Below, one piece after another: positions 30,924-43,198 of a stretch of 64,000 nucleotides of DNA (position 1 is its first letter; every line of letters begins with the position of its first letter). Made by a program: the position numbers and the translations under genes. Origin of the DNA: Chthoniobacterales bacterium (GTDB lineage: Bacteria; Verrucomicrobiota; Verrucomicrobiia; Chthoniobacterales; Chthoniobacteraceae); contig JBBQZX010000005.1 of the NCBI GenBank assembly GCA_038207335.1, positions 64,001 through 128,000 on the forward strand. The letters run 5' to 3'. The notes beneath the pieces were generated by a model. That model searched no databases. It was given only the letters and a program-made list of their open reading frames with translations, and was not told where the DNA came from.

Positions 30924-33503
30924 ATGAGGAACCCCCGAATGGTCTCGCATTGCTCGCGCCTTGAGAGGCTCGAGTCACGTATCGCACCCGCCACGATCAT
31001 GGTGCTGAATTATTCGGATCACGACGCCGGCAGCCTGCGGGTTGCGATCGAGAAGGCGAACATGGACCCGGGAAGCGACACGATTGTCTTCAAATCGAAA
31101 GGCGTAGTGAAGCTGCTGTCGGCACTGCCGACGATTACGGACGATCTCATTGTCTCGGGAGGGAAAAAGGCGAGCATTGACGGAGCGAACAAGGTGTCGC
31201 TGCTGTCGGTTTCCGGAGCGGGCCTCGATGTGACGCTGGACGGGCTGAAGCTCACGCATGGCTTCGGCGAGACTGGCAGCGCGCTTTTCATCGATGCTGA
31301 GGGCGGCACCCTGAAGCTCAAAAACTCGATCGTGACGGGCAATGTCGCGGCGCCCACGGTCGATGAATATGGCGACGCAGTCGGAGCGACGGATGTGAGC
31401 GGTGGCGCGATCACGAACGCGGCGGGGACGCTGGAGATCACGTCGAGCAAGATCACGAAAAATCAGGCGAAGACGGCGTTTGACGGCGCGAGCGCGAGCG
31501 GCGGTGCGATCTTCAATGCGGGGACGCTCAAGATCTCTGGAAAGACGACGATCAGCGGAAACAGCGCGACTGGTGCGATTGCGATGGGTGGTGCGATTTT
31601 CAACGATGAAGGCGGGAGCGTGAAGCTCGATGGAGTGCAGCTTTCGAAGAATGCGGCGAGAGGGGCGAATGGCATCGCAGGTGTGAACGGGAGCAAAGGC
31701 GCAAACGGAGCCCGTGGGGCGAAGGGCGAGGATGGCGAACCCGGGGAAGACGGCGTGAGCGGAGCGGATGGCACGGATGGCGGGAATGGACAGGCAGGTG
31801 CGATTTTCAATCTCGGCACGCTCACGATCGAGAGGTCGAAGATCACGGGAAATGCGGCTACCGGAGGCAATGGCGGCAACGGAGGCAATGGAGGCGCGGG
31901 CGGAAGTGGCGGCGCGGGTGGGGGCGGATATTCATACGGCGGATACCATTATCCTGGAGGGAGTCGTGGCTACGGCGGCGCGGGTGGCTACGGCGGCGCG
32001 TCGGGCTCGGGCGGCGTGGCGAGCGGCGGTGCGATTCAGAATGGCAGCGATGGAGTCGTCACGATCTCCGGGACGACGATTTCCAAGAATTCCGCAAAGA
32101 GCGGCACTGCGGGCAAGGCGGGAACGGGTGGAAAAGGCGGAGCCGTGGGCGGTCTATCGGGCGAAAACGGCGCTGCCGGAGTCGATGGTGCGTCTGCCGC
32201 TGGCGGCGCGATTTTCAACGAAGGCTCGGTGTCGATGGCAGAGAAGACGTTTGTCACCCGGAACTCTGTGGCCGGCGGAGACGCAAGCGGCGGTGGTATT
32301 CACAACACTGGCACGCTCGAAGTGGTGAACTCAACGATCGCGGGCAACTCGGCAAAGGGCGCGAATGGGCCGAACGGTGCGGCGGGAGGAAAAGGCGCAA
32401 ATGGAGCTAACGGGGAGAAGGGCGAAAATGGTGATAGGGGACAAGATGGCGGCGACGGCGGCGATGGTGAGGACGGGAGTGAAGGCGGCGCAGGTGCCGC
32501 GGGAAACCCCGGCGGCTTCGCGAAAGGTGGAGGCATTTTTAATTCGGCAGAGGTGACGATCCAGAGATCGACCATTTCCGGGAATGTGACGATTGCCGGG
32601 AACGGTGGGAATGGTGGGAGCGGGGGCGACGGCGGAAAAGGCGGTGCAGGGGGTGCAGGCGGGCGGGGAGGGAAGGCTTACAGTTACGAAGGTTACCACT
32701 ACCCGGCTGGGCACAAAGGAGCCCACGGCGCTGCCGGTTACGGCGCGAACGGAGGCTACGGCGGGGAGGGAGGTGCTGCGGGAGCGGCGCAGGGAGGTGG
32801 TATTTTCAATGGAGACGATATCGACGCCACACTGGTCGTCCGGGACTCAACCATCTCCGGCAACGTGGTCAAAGGGGCGCAATCGGGCAAGGGTGGCAAT
32901 GGTGGGAAAGCCGGTGCCGGGCGTAGTGGCGGTGCAGCATTGGGCGGTGAACGTGGGCTGGATGCCGAACCGGTGCCGGGCGAGGGCGGCGGGATATTTT
33001 CAGGGGACAGTTCGCTGACGATCTCGCAGAGCACCATCGCGAAAAACAGCGCGAGCGGAAATGGAGGGGGTATCGCGGTGATCGAAAACGTGTTCACGTC
33101 GGTCCACAACTCCACGATCGCTGCCAACCGCGCCAAAGCGGCGGGTGGCGGGCTGTACGCGGAACTCGATCCGATGGGCGACGTCGTCTTGGTGATCAGT
33201 ACGATCATCGCGAAGAACTCCGCCGCGGGGGCCAAAGATGTGAGCGGGACGATCAGTGCCTCATTTAGCCTGATTCAAATAACCGACGGCACGACGCTGA
33301 CTGGCGCGAGCAACGTCACCGGCGTCGATCCGAAGCTCAAGGCGCTCGGTACGCGTGGCGGGCCGACGCAGGTCATGCTCCTCCTTCGCAGCAGCCCGGC
33401 ATTGAATGCGGGCAGCAATCCCGACGCACTCGCGAAAGATCAGCAGGGCGACGACCGTGTCGTCGGAGCGGGGATCGACATCGGCGCTGTCGAGTCGCAA
33501 TAG
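30924..33503 (+). CDS. secreted LEPRxLL-type beta-helix protein with Gly-rich/collagen-like loops and choice-of-anchor-Q-like C terminus
   Basis: LESRIAPA, GSLRVAI..AN, repeated GGAIFN, long G-X-Y runs. C-terminal DPKL..L...GGPT...SPALNAG...DQQG...DIGAVE. Confidence 0.8.
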   Translation: MRNPRMVSHCSRLERLESRIAPATIMVLNYSDHDAGSLRVAIEKANMDPGSDTIVFKSKGVVKLLSALPTITDDLIVSGGKKASIDGANKVSLLSVSGAGLDVTLDGLKLTHGFGETGSALFIDAEGGTLKLKNSIVTGNVAAPTVDEYGDAVGATDVSGGAITNAAGTLEITSSKITKNQAKTAFDGASASGGAIFNAGTLKISGKTTISGNSATGAIAMGGAIFNDEGGSVKLDGVQLSKNAARGANGIAGVNGSKGANGARGAKGEDGEPGEDGVSGADGTDGGNGQAGAIFNLGTLTIERSKITGNAATGGNGGNGGNGGAGGSGGAGGGGYSYGGYHYPGGSRGYGGAGGYGGASGSGGVASGGAIQNGSDGVVTISGTTISKNSAKSGTAGKAGTGGKGGAVGGLSGENGAAGVDGASAAGGAIFNEGSVSMAEKTFVTRNSVAGGDASGGGIHNTGTLEVVNSTIAGNSAKGANGPNGAAGGKGANGANGEKGENGDRGQDGGDGGDGEDGSEGGAGAAGNPGGFAKGGGIFNSAEVTIQRSTISGNVTIAGNGGNGGSGGDGGKGGAGGAGGRGGKAYSYEGYHYPAGHKGAHGAAGYGANGGYGGEGGAAGAAQGGGIFNGDDIDATLVVRDSTISGNVVKGAQSGKGGNGGKAGAGRSGGAALGGERGLDAEPVPGEGGGIFSGDSSLTISQSTIAKNSASGNGGGIAVIENVFTSVHNSTIAANRAKAAGGGLYAELDPMGDVVLVISTIIAKNSAAGAKDVSGTISASFSLIQITDGTTLTGASNVTGVDPKLKALGTRGGPTQVMLLLRSSPALNAGSNPDALAKDQQGDDRVVGAGIDIGAVESQ

Positions 33504-33665
33504 CGCTCGCGAAGGAGGCGTGTGCGTGGTGGTGCCCAAACTTCGCGCATTCCCCCCGAACCCCTCGCCTCGCTTCACCAGGAACAGCCGGAAATCGCAA
33601 AGAAACGGTGGCAGAGGGGATTGTTGCGGTGAATCGTCGTCAGCCCGGCGAACCCCCTCTTGCTC

Positions 33666-36074
<2,409 letters not shown>

Positions 36075-36086
36075 GAAGTGTTTGTG

Positions 36087-38741
36087 ATGAAGAGCGTCCT
36101 TTCAGCTATCGCAGTCACCGCGTTCGCCGTCACGGCTCACTCTGCGGAGAAGGTTACTTACAACGATCACGTCCTTCCGATCTTTCGGAACTCGTGCCTG
36201 AACTGTCATAACCCGGACAAAAAGAAAGCCGGGCTGGATCTATCGACTTACCAAAGCGCGCTGCAAGGCAGTGAGAACGGGAAGATTCTCGAATCGGGGA
36301 ATGCTGGCGCGAGTATGCTCTTCAAGTGCATCAAGCAAACGGAGGATCCGAAGATGCCGCCGAAAGGCGACAAACTCAGCGATAAGGACATCGCAGTCAT
36401 CGAGAATTGGATCACGGGCCAGCTACTTGAAACCGCCAGCGGGAAAGGTGTCGCGGCGTCCAATAACAACGTGCAAGTGGCTGTCGTGTCCCTCGAACGG
36501 CCTGCCGGTCCGCCGCCCATGCCGGGCGAGCTTCCACTTGAGCCTATAGTGCAAAGCCCGCGCAAGAATGCCTTGGTCGCGCTGGCTGCAAGTCCCTGGG
36601 CTCCTCTCGTCGCGGTCGGAGGGCAGAAGCAGATCGTCCTTTACAACACGCAGACGCTCGAACCGCTCGGCGTCCTCCCTTTCCCCGAAGGCTTTCCTGA
36701 TGTCATTCGCTTCAGCCGCAATGGACAAGTGCTACTCACAGGTGGCGGACAGGGCGGCAAATCCGGCAAGGTCGTTTTGTGGGACATTAAGACGGGGGAT
36801 CGCATCGCGACGGTCGGCAACGAATTCGACCAGGTGCTCAGTGCGGATCTCAGCGCGGATCAGCAGTTTGTCGCGCTCGGCGGGCCAAGCAAGTTGGTCA
36901 AGATTTACTCCACCAAGGACGGCAAGCTCATCCAATCGATCAAGAAGCATACCGACTGGGTAACTGCGATCGCCTACTCGCCGGATGGCAAGCTACTCGC
37001 CAGCGCGGATCGCAACGGCGGCATTCAAATTTGGGAGGGTGATACCGGCAAGGAATTCAACAGCTTGCCGGGGCACAAAGTCGGCGTGACTGCGTTGGCG
37101 TTCATGACGGGAGTCGTGGCCTCCGCGAGTGAAGACGGGACTGTGAAGCTGTGGGATGTGAAGGAAGCCAAGGAGATCAAGAGCTGGAAGGCTCATGATG
37201 GCGGAGTGTCCTGGGTGGAGTTCACGCCGGATGGGCGCCTCGTAACCTGCGGCCGGGATAAGACTGCGAAGATTTTTGATCAGACCGGCAAGGAACTCGG
37301 GAAGACCGAGGCGTTTGCGGACATCGCACTGCGCGCGACGGTGAGTGGCGACCGCGTGATTGCGGGTGACTGGACTGGCGATATCCGCGTTTGCAGTCTC
37401 GATGGGAAACGCATCGGTGAGTTGAGCGCGACGCCGCCGGCGATCACGGACCAGCTTACAGCCGCACAGAAAGCGCTTGCGGATGCGAAGGCCGCTGCCG
37501 CGCCGCTGCAACAGCAATTCGCCGTCGCGGAACAGCAAACCAAAGCCGATGGGGGTGGAAAGGAAGCGATGCCGCCCGCGGCGACCGATGCCAACAAGCT
37601 GACGGAACTTTCAAAGGCGCTGGAGTCCCAGACTGCGGAGGTCGCGAAGCTGCGTGAGGCGAGAGCTTCACAGAAAGAAGGAACGCCGGAATACAACGAC
37701 GCCAATAACAAAGTGCAGGCGAAGAAGGCTGAAATCGCAACGACCCAGGCCAGTATCGACGCGACAAAGGGAGCCCCAACCGCGCCGGCAGCACCACAGC
37801 CGAGCGGCGCGCAAGAAGGGCTCGCGAAAGCCAAGGCGACGCTGGATGCGGCGAATGCACAAATCGAGAACGCCACTGCGGCAGTGGACAAGTGGACGCG
37901 CGCGCAGGCTTTCATGACTGTCCACTCGGCGCGAGCGACGCTCGCCGAGAAACAAGCGGCATACGCCGACCTCGTGGAAGCCGCCAAGAGCGCGCTCGAC
38001 CTGGCGGAGCAGGTGCGTGGAAGTATCGCGGCAATGAGTAAGGCTTTGGAAGAAGCTCCGAAGCAGCTTCAAGAGAAACAAGCGGCACTGACGAAGGCTC
38101 AACAGACGCTCGATCCACTCTCGAAAGCGGTGGTCGCGGGCGAGACTGCGCTTGCCGAAAAAGAGAAACAGACCAAGGAAGCAACCGAGGCTTTCGACAA
38201 GGCAAACGCGATCGTGGCCGAGCAGACTAAGAAGCTCGAACAAGACAACGCAGAGATCGCCAATCGGCGCAAGGCCCGTGAAGGAAAGCCGGCCGGATCG
38301 CCGGAGTATGAAACCGCGAACAAAAACGTACAAGACTACAAAACCGTGATTTCGCAGACCGAAGCAGTGCTGGCAGCGGCCAAGGCGAAAGTCGAAGAAC
38401 GGAAACCACAGACCGAAGCGCCGCGGGCTGAAATCGTGAAGATGAAGGACGCGCTGGAGAAGAACCGTGCGGACGTGAAAGCAGCGACAGTGGTGGTGAC
38501 AACCGCCGAGAAAGCCTTCGCCGACGCAAAGAAGGACATCGACGCAACGACTCAAAAACTCGCGAAACTCCGCAAAGACGCGCCCGGAATCGTGACCACA
38601 GCAAAGGCCGCAAAAGCCAAAGCCGACAAGGATGCAGCCCTAGCCGCAAAAGAACTCGAAACCTTAAAAGCTCAAACCGAGCAAGTGCGCGCCGAATTCG
38701 ACAAACGCTGGCAGCCCCTGCCAACGGTAGCGGCGAAGTAG
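36087..38741 (+). CDS. planctomycete-type cytochrome c domain + WD40 repeats + coiled-coil protein
   Basis: PIFRNSCLNCH, KMPP, KHTDWVTAIAYSPDG, GHK...VKLWD, long Ala/Lys/Glu-rich helical tail. Confidence 0.88.
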   Translation: MKSVLSAIAVTAFAVTAHSAEKVTYNDHVLPIFRNSCLNCHNPDKKKAGLDLSTYQSALQGSENGKILESGNAGASMLFKCIKQTEDPKMPPKGDKLSDKDIAVIENWITGQLLETASGKGVAASNNNVQVAVVSLERPAGPPPMPGELPLEPIVQSPRKNALVALAASPWAPLVAVGGQKQIVLYNTQTLEPLGVLPFPEGFPDVIRFSRNGQVLLTGGGQGGKSGKVVLWDIKTGDRIATVGNEFDQVLSADLSADQQFVALGGPSKLVKIYSTKDGKLIQSIKKHTDWVTAIAYSPDGKLLASADRNGGIQIWEGDTGKEFNSLPGHKVGVTALAFMTGVVASASEDGTVKLWDVKEAKEIKSWKAHDGGVSWVEFTPDGRLVTCGRDKTAKIFDQTGKELGKTEAFADIALRATVSGDRVIAGDWTGDIRVCSLDGKRIGELSATPPAITDQLTAAQKALADAKAAAAPLQQQFAVAEQQTKADGGGKEAMPPAATDANKLTELSKALESQTAEVAKLREARASQKEGTPEYNDANNKVQAKKAEIATTQASIDATKGAPTAPAAPQPSGAQEGLAKAKATLDAANAQIENATAAVDKWTRAQAFMTVHSARATLAEKQAAYADLVEAAKSALDLAEQVRGSIAAMSKALEEAPKQLQEKQAALTKAQQTLDPLSKAVVAGETALAEKEKQTKEATEAFDKANAIVAEQTKKLEQDNAEIANRRKAREGKPAGSPEYETANKNVQDYKTVISQTEAVLAAAKAKVEERKPQTEAPRAEIVKMKDALEKNRADVKAATVVVTTAEKAFADAKKDIDATTQKLAKLRKDAPGIVTTAKAAKAKADKDAALAAKELETLKAQTEQVRAEFDKRWQPLPTVAAK

Positions 38742-38864
38742 GCCTAACGGGCCGTCAGGTGTTCTGTCGCTTCGATTCGGGCGCTAACAATGCGCTGTAG
38801 CGAAAAGCTCCGCGTATCACGGCAGATGATATTTTTGGCTTGTGAGCATCCGGTGGACTGAACC

Positions 38865-39287
38865 ATGAAATCTCTCGTCGCATTCGTCTTCGGAATTGCC
38901 CTCGGAGTTTTCTCAATGCTCGCAGCCGAGCCTCAGTTCGCGCCACCGCTCTCGATCGTTTGTGTCCCGACGAGCGCAACCAAACGCCATATCGAAGCCG
39001 CCAAGAAGGTCGCCGCCGCATTCGCCATCAGCATCCGCAAGCCTTTGCAGACCGACCGCAACCCCACATGTTGCATCTATCTCGAGATCACCCATTGGCT
39101 TCCCAACGGAGCGAAGGGTTACATCATCAACCACCAACCCGGCGGCACCGTCCTCGCGGCCTCGACGGAGGACGAACTCGATCAGGCAGTCGAGGCATTT
39201 GTTCGCTCCGCCAAGTCAGTGAACGGTATCATTAGTGCGCCGGTTGGCATCCAAACCTCTTACCCAGTTGTGTATACTCCCAAATGA
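38865..39287 (+). CDS. hypothetical secreted protein
   Basis: 140-aa ORF with signal peptide. GYII...VLAAST..EL.QAV weakly recalls GH20 domain-2-like folds. Confidence 0.55.
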   Translation: MKSLVAFVFGIALGVFSMLAAEPQFAPPLSIVCVPTSATKRHIEAAKKVAAAFAISIRKPLQTDRNPTCCIYLEITHWLPNGAKGYIINHQPGGTVLAASTEDELDQAVEAFVRSAKSVNGIISAPVGIQTSYPVVYTPK

Positions 39288-39491
39288 ACGAAGCGCCTAA
39301 TCATGCGCCCTGCAGTGCCAAAGGAAGTCGCACGCCCAACTCACCACTGAGACCAAAGAAAGATCTCTAGCCGTTCGCCGGCGAGAACCACTGCGTGCTT
39401 CCCGGCGCCTGGTTCTGCCACCGCCTTCTCCTCGCCCCGCGTTGTGGATTCGTGCTTTGGTGCTTCGTGTTTGCCTCGCGGAAGGGTGAGG

Positions 39492-41663
39492 CTACGCGAA
39501 TTGGTCGAAGTCCTTTTCTCGGTTGATCCAGCGGCGGACTCGGAAGACGTGAGCGGGGTTGGTGTGAGGGTTGAGTTGCACCCAGTTGCGTTCGCCGGTC
39601 CAGAGGTATCGGGCGTCGGTGAGGAGATCGTGGACTTGATAGGTGTCACTTTCCAGCCATCCAAACTCCGTGACCGGGACGTGGATGAATGAGTCGCGCG
39701 TGTTGTACGGGTCGAGGTTGACGACGACTAGGATGATGTTGTCGCGGGCCTCGGTCATTTTGCCGTAGAAGAGGACGCTGTCGCTGTCGGAGGGATAGAA
39801 GCGCAGGTTTGTGTATTCCTGTAGCGCGCGGTTTCCTCGGCGTATGCGATTGAGCGCGGTGATGAGTCCTTTGATGTTTCCCGGCGCGTCCCAGTCACGC
39901 TCTTTCCACTGATACTTCTCGCTGTCGTAGTATTCTTCGCGACCCGGAAGGGCGGCATTTTCACATAGCTCGAAGCCGGAGTAGATGCCGTAGATGGAGG
40001 AGAGGGTCGCGGCCAGGACTGCGCGGATCATAAAGGCGGGGCGGCCGCCTTGTTGCAGGAAGAAGGGGAGGATGTCGGGCGTGTTGGGCCAGAGGTTTGC
40101 GCGGAAGTAGTCCTTCATCTCGGTCTGCGTGAGCTCGGTGAAGTATTCGATGAGTTCCTGCTTGGTATTGCGCCAGGTGAAGTAGGTGTAGCTGTGGGTG
40201 AAGCCTGCTTTCGCCAGCGCCTTCATCATCTTCGGCTTTGTGAAGGCCTCGCTGAGGAAGATCGCGTCGGGATAGGTCTCCTGGACTTTGCCGATGAGAT
40301 ATTCCCAAAAGGCGACGGGCTTGGTGTGCGGGTTATCGACGCGGAAGATGCGGACGCGGTGCTCGCACCAGAATAGGATGACGCTCGTCAGTTCCTCCCA
40401 CAGTGCCCGCCAGTTCGGGTTGTGGTAGTTCATCGGATAGACGTCCTGGTACTTTTTCGGCGGGTTTTCGGCGTATTTGATGGTGCCGTCGGGCCGCTTG
40501 TAGAACCACTCGGGGTGGTCGTGGACGTAGGGGTGATCGGGCGAGCAGTTGATGGCGTAATCGAGGGCGACTTCCATGCCGCGCGATTCGATCTCGGCGA
40601 CGAGCCAGTCAAAATCCGCGAGGGTGCCGAGTTCCGGTGCGACGTCTTTGTGGCCGCCGCCGTTGGGGCATTTCTGGTGGCGATTACCGATGGCGTAAGG
40701 GACGCCGGGTTCGCCGGGCTCGCAGGTGACGGCGTTGTTGCGGCCTTTGCGCGCGGTGATGCCGACGGGATGGACAGGCGGGAAGTAGATGACGTCGAAG
40801 CCCATGGCGCGGGCGTCATCGACGCGGGGTAGGCAGTCGCGGAACTTCGAGCCGCGGTCGCCGTGACCCTCGGCGCAGCGGGGGAAAAACTCATACCACT
40901 GCGAGAAGAGGGCGCGGTCGCGATCGACGGTGATGAACGGGTAGGCGGGGACCGGGACGGGTGGCGCAGGGTCGGTGAGGACGGCGATGGCGGGCTCAGC
41001 GGCTTTCTTCTTTCGGGCGACTGGTTTTTTTGCGGCCGCGGACTGGGGTGGCGCGCTGCTTTCCACGAGGACGGCGACGGGCGGGGTGGCGAGGATGAAT
41101 TCGGAGCCGTCGCCTCGGTCGGAATAGGTGTGCATGAGCGCCTCGAGTTCGGGGCGATGGGCGAGGTCGTTGACTTCGGAGGGCGTGCCCGCCCGAAGCC
41201 GCGCGGCGATTTCGAGTAACTGTTTTTCGTCCGCCTTTTGCCCCTGCGCGGCGGCTTGCGCGGCGGCTTTCTCGACGATGCCAGCGCCCTCGATCGACTC
41301 GCTTTTCAAGTCGGTGAGCCCGGCGGCGTGCTTGGTGTGAAACTCGTGCTGCCACGAAAGGAACACGTCGCCCCATGCCTCGATGGTGAATTCGTAGCGC
41401 GCGTTTTCGTAAAATGAACACGCCCCCTGCCAGCGGTCGTTGCCGTTTGGCATCGGCGCCATCGGCGTCTCGTGCCAGCGGGCGGCATCGGCTTTGCGCC
41501 ACTTCAGCATGGCCGACATGATGTCGTGGCCGTCTTTGAAGATGTCGGCCGCGACGAGCAGGCTCTCGCCGGCGGCGCGCTTGATCGGAAATCGGCCCGC
41601 ATCGACGAGCGGCGAGACGTTTTCGATGACGACTGTCGAAGGACGCAGAATCATGCGGTGCAT
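39492..41663 (-). CDS. glgE: alpha-1,4-glucan:maltose-1-phosphate maltosyltransferase GlgE
   Basis: WYEFFPR, MGFDVIYFPPVHP, YAENPPKKYQD, FRVDNPHTKP, SEAFT, NTPDILP, DSEKYQ. Confidence 0.95.
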   Translation of the reverse strand: MHRMILRPSTVVIENVSPLVDAGRFPIKRAAGESLLVAADIFKDGHDIMSAMLKWRKADAARWHETPMAPMPNGNDRWQGACSFYENARYEFTIEAWGDVFLSWQHEFHTKHAAGLTDLKSESIEGAGIVEKAAAQAAAQGQKADEKQLLEIAARLRAGTPSEVNDLAHRPELEALMHTYSDRGDGSEFILATPPVAVLVESSAPPQSAAAKKPVARKKKAAEPAIAVLTDPAPPVPVPAYPFITVDRDRALFSQWYEFFPRCAEGHGDRGSKFRDCLPRVDDARAMGFDVIYFPPVHPVGITARKGRNNAVTCEPGEPGVPYAIGNRHQKCPNGGGHKDVAPELGTLADFDWLVAEIESRGMEVALDYAINCSPDHPYVHDHPEWFYKRPDGTIKYAENPPKKYQDVYPMNYHNPNWRALWEELTSVILFWCEHRVRIFRVDNPHTKPVAFWEYLIGKVQETYPDAIFLSEAFTKPKMMKALAKAGFTHSYTYFTWRNTKQELIEYFTELTQTEMKDYFRANLWPNTPDILPFFLQQGGRPAFMIRAVLAATLSSIYGIYSGFELCENAALPGREEYYDSEKYQWKERDWDAPGNIKGLITALNRIRRGNRALQEYTNLRFYPSDSDSVLFYGKMTEARDNIILVVVNLDPYNTRDSFIHVPVTEFGWLESDTYQVHDLLTDARYLWTGERNWVQLNPHTNPAHVFRVRRWINREKDFDQFA

Positions 41664-41830
41664 CTTCGCGCCAGGCGCGGGGAACGTGGAAGCACTTTGC
41701 GATTCCGATTTGCCGGACGGATCTTTTCAACCATGGCGGATGCGGCGAAAATGCGCTGAGCGAAAAGGTCCGATCTTTGCGGCGTTGCGCTTTGCGGGCG
41801 GGGTTCGAGACGGTAGCTTCGGCGCGATTT

Positions 41831-43135
41831 ATGAGTCTTTCGCATCGCCCCTCGCTCGTCGCCGGATGTCTCGCGGGACTTGTCGTCGGGGCGTTGGTTG
41901 CGCTGGTTGCGGGTGGGAGATTTTCGGGAAAGTCGGATGCCGGCGCGCGGCAGGTGCAGATTCTGCGGGAAGAAAATGCACGGCTTCGAGGGGTGGTTGC
42001 GGAGAGCGAAAAGGCGAAGGCTTTCGCGAAGAACAAGGCGCAGCGGGAGGCGATCGAGCGGGAGGTCGTGGCGATTCGCGGGCTGGAATTCAAGACGCCG
42101 GTGGACTATCAGGTGCTCGATCGAAAGGAGATCAAGGCGACGCTTTCACGCAAGATGTCGGAGGTTTTTTCGGAGGAGGAATTTGCGAATATGACGGCTG
42201 CGCTTGCGCGGCTTGGGTTGCTGGAGGAGGGGTTTCCGCTGCGGCAGAAATATGTCGATTTGCTCGGGGAGCAGGTGGCGGCATTTTACGATCAGCACAC
42301 GCACAAGCTTTGCATGTTCGAGGATGCGTCGCTGGAGAATTCGCAGAATCGCGTGGTGCTGGCGCATGAGCTGACTCACGCGCTGCAGGATCAGCATTTC
42401 GGGCTCGCGCGCCTGCCGCTGGAGGCAAAGACGAACGACGATCGCGCGGCGGCGGCGAGCGCACTGTGCGAGGGGGACGCGACGCTGGTGATGACGGAAT
42501 TCATGATGAAAAATCTGTCGCTCGGCGCGCTGAAGGACAACGTGTCGGCGTCGCTGACGCAGAACATGGACGAGCTGGCGAAGGCGCCGCGGTTTCTGCG
42601 CGAGATGCTCGTGTTTCCGTATTTGCGTGGGCAGGAATTTTGCGGCGCGCTGTTTTCGGGCGGGGGGTATGAGGCTGTGAATCAAGCATACAAGCGGCCT
42701 CCCAGCTCGACGGCGCAGATTTTGCATCCGGTGAAATTTCTCGGCGACGAGCACGAGGAGCCGGTGGCGATCGAGTGGAAGGAGCTGAAATTTCGCGGAA
42801 AGGAGCCGATCGCGGACAATGTGCTCGGGGAAATGGGGACGCGGATTTTGCTCGGGGATGGAGTGGAGGCAGCGGAGGCGGAGCGCGCTGCGGCGGGTTG
42901 GCGCGGTGATCGGTATTTGTGCTTTGACGGCGGAAAGACGCTCGTGTGGAAAAGCGTGTGGGCGAGTGCGGATGAGGCGTCTGAATTTGCGGAGGCGGAG
43001 AAGCGGACGCTCGCGAAACGATACGGGGCATCGACGCGGGTGACGCTGGTTACGCAGCGCGCGGAGGCGGTGGTGGTGATCGACGCGACGGATGCGGCGG
43101 CGGCGGATGAGCTGGGCGCGCAGTTTGGCGGGTGA
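41831..43135 (+). CDS. membrane-anchored zincin-like (HExxH) hypothetical protein
   Basis: N-terminal TM segment, AAFYD, AHELTHALQDQHF, EGDAT, FPYLRG, PPSSTAQILHP. Confidence 0.7.
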   Translation: MSLSHRPSLVAGCLAGLVVGALVALVAGGRFSGKSDAGARQVQILREENARLRGVVAESEKAKAFAKNKAQREAIEREVVAIRGLEFKTPVDYQVLDRKEIKATLSRKMSEVFSEEEFANMTAALARLGLLEEGFPLRQKYVDLLGEQVAAFYDQHTHKLCMFEDASLENSQNRVVLAHELTHALQDQHFGLARLPLEAKTNDDRAAAASALCEGDATLVMTEFMMKNLSLGALKDNVSASLTQNMDELAKAPRFLREMLVFPYLRGQEFCGALFSGGGYEAVNQAYKRPPSSTAQILHPVKFLGDEHEEPVAIEWKELKFRGKEPIADNVLGEMGTRILLGDGVEAAEAERAAAGWRGDRYLCFDGGKTLVWKSVWASADEASEFAEAEKRTLAKRYGASTRVTLVTQRAEAVVVIDATDAAAADELGAQFGG

Positions 43136-43198
43136 AGGGAATTGAGCCGTCGCCGCCTGCATTGCGCGGGGGATGCCGGGTGCTTTAGCTTTTCCGAA

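Noticed and set aside
31660..32960. Mycobacterial PE_PGRS gene
   Set aside because: No PE domain. The Gly-rich runs sit inside an LEPRxLL-type beta-helix protein.
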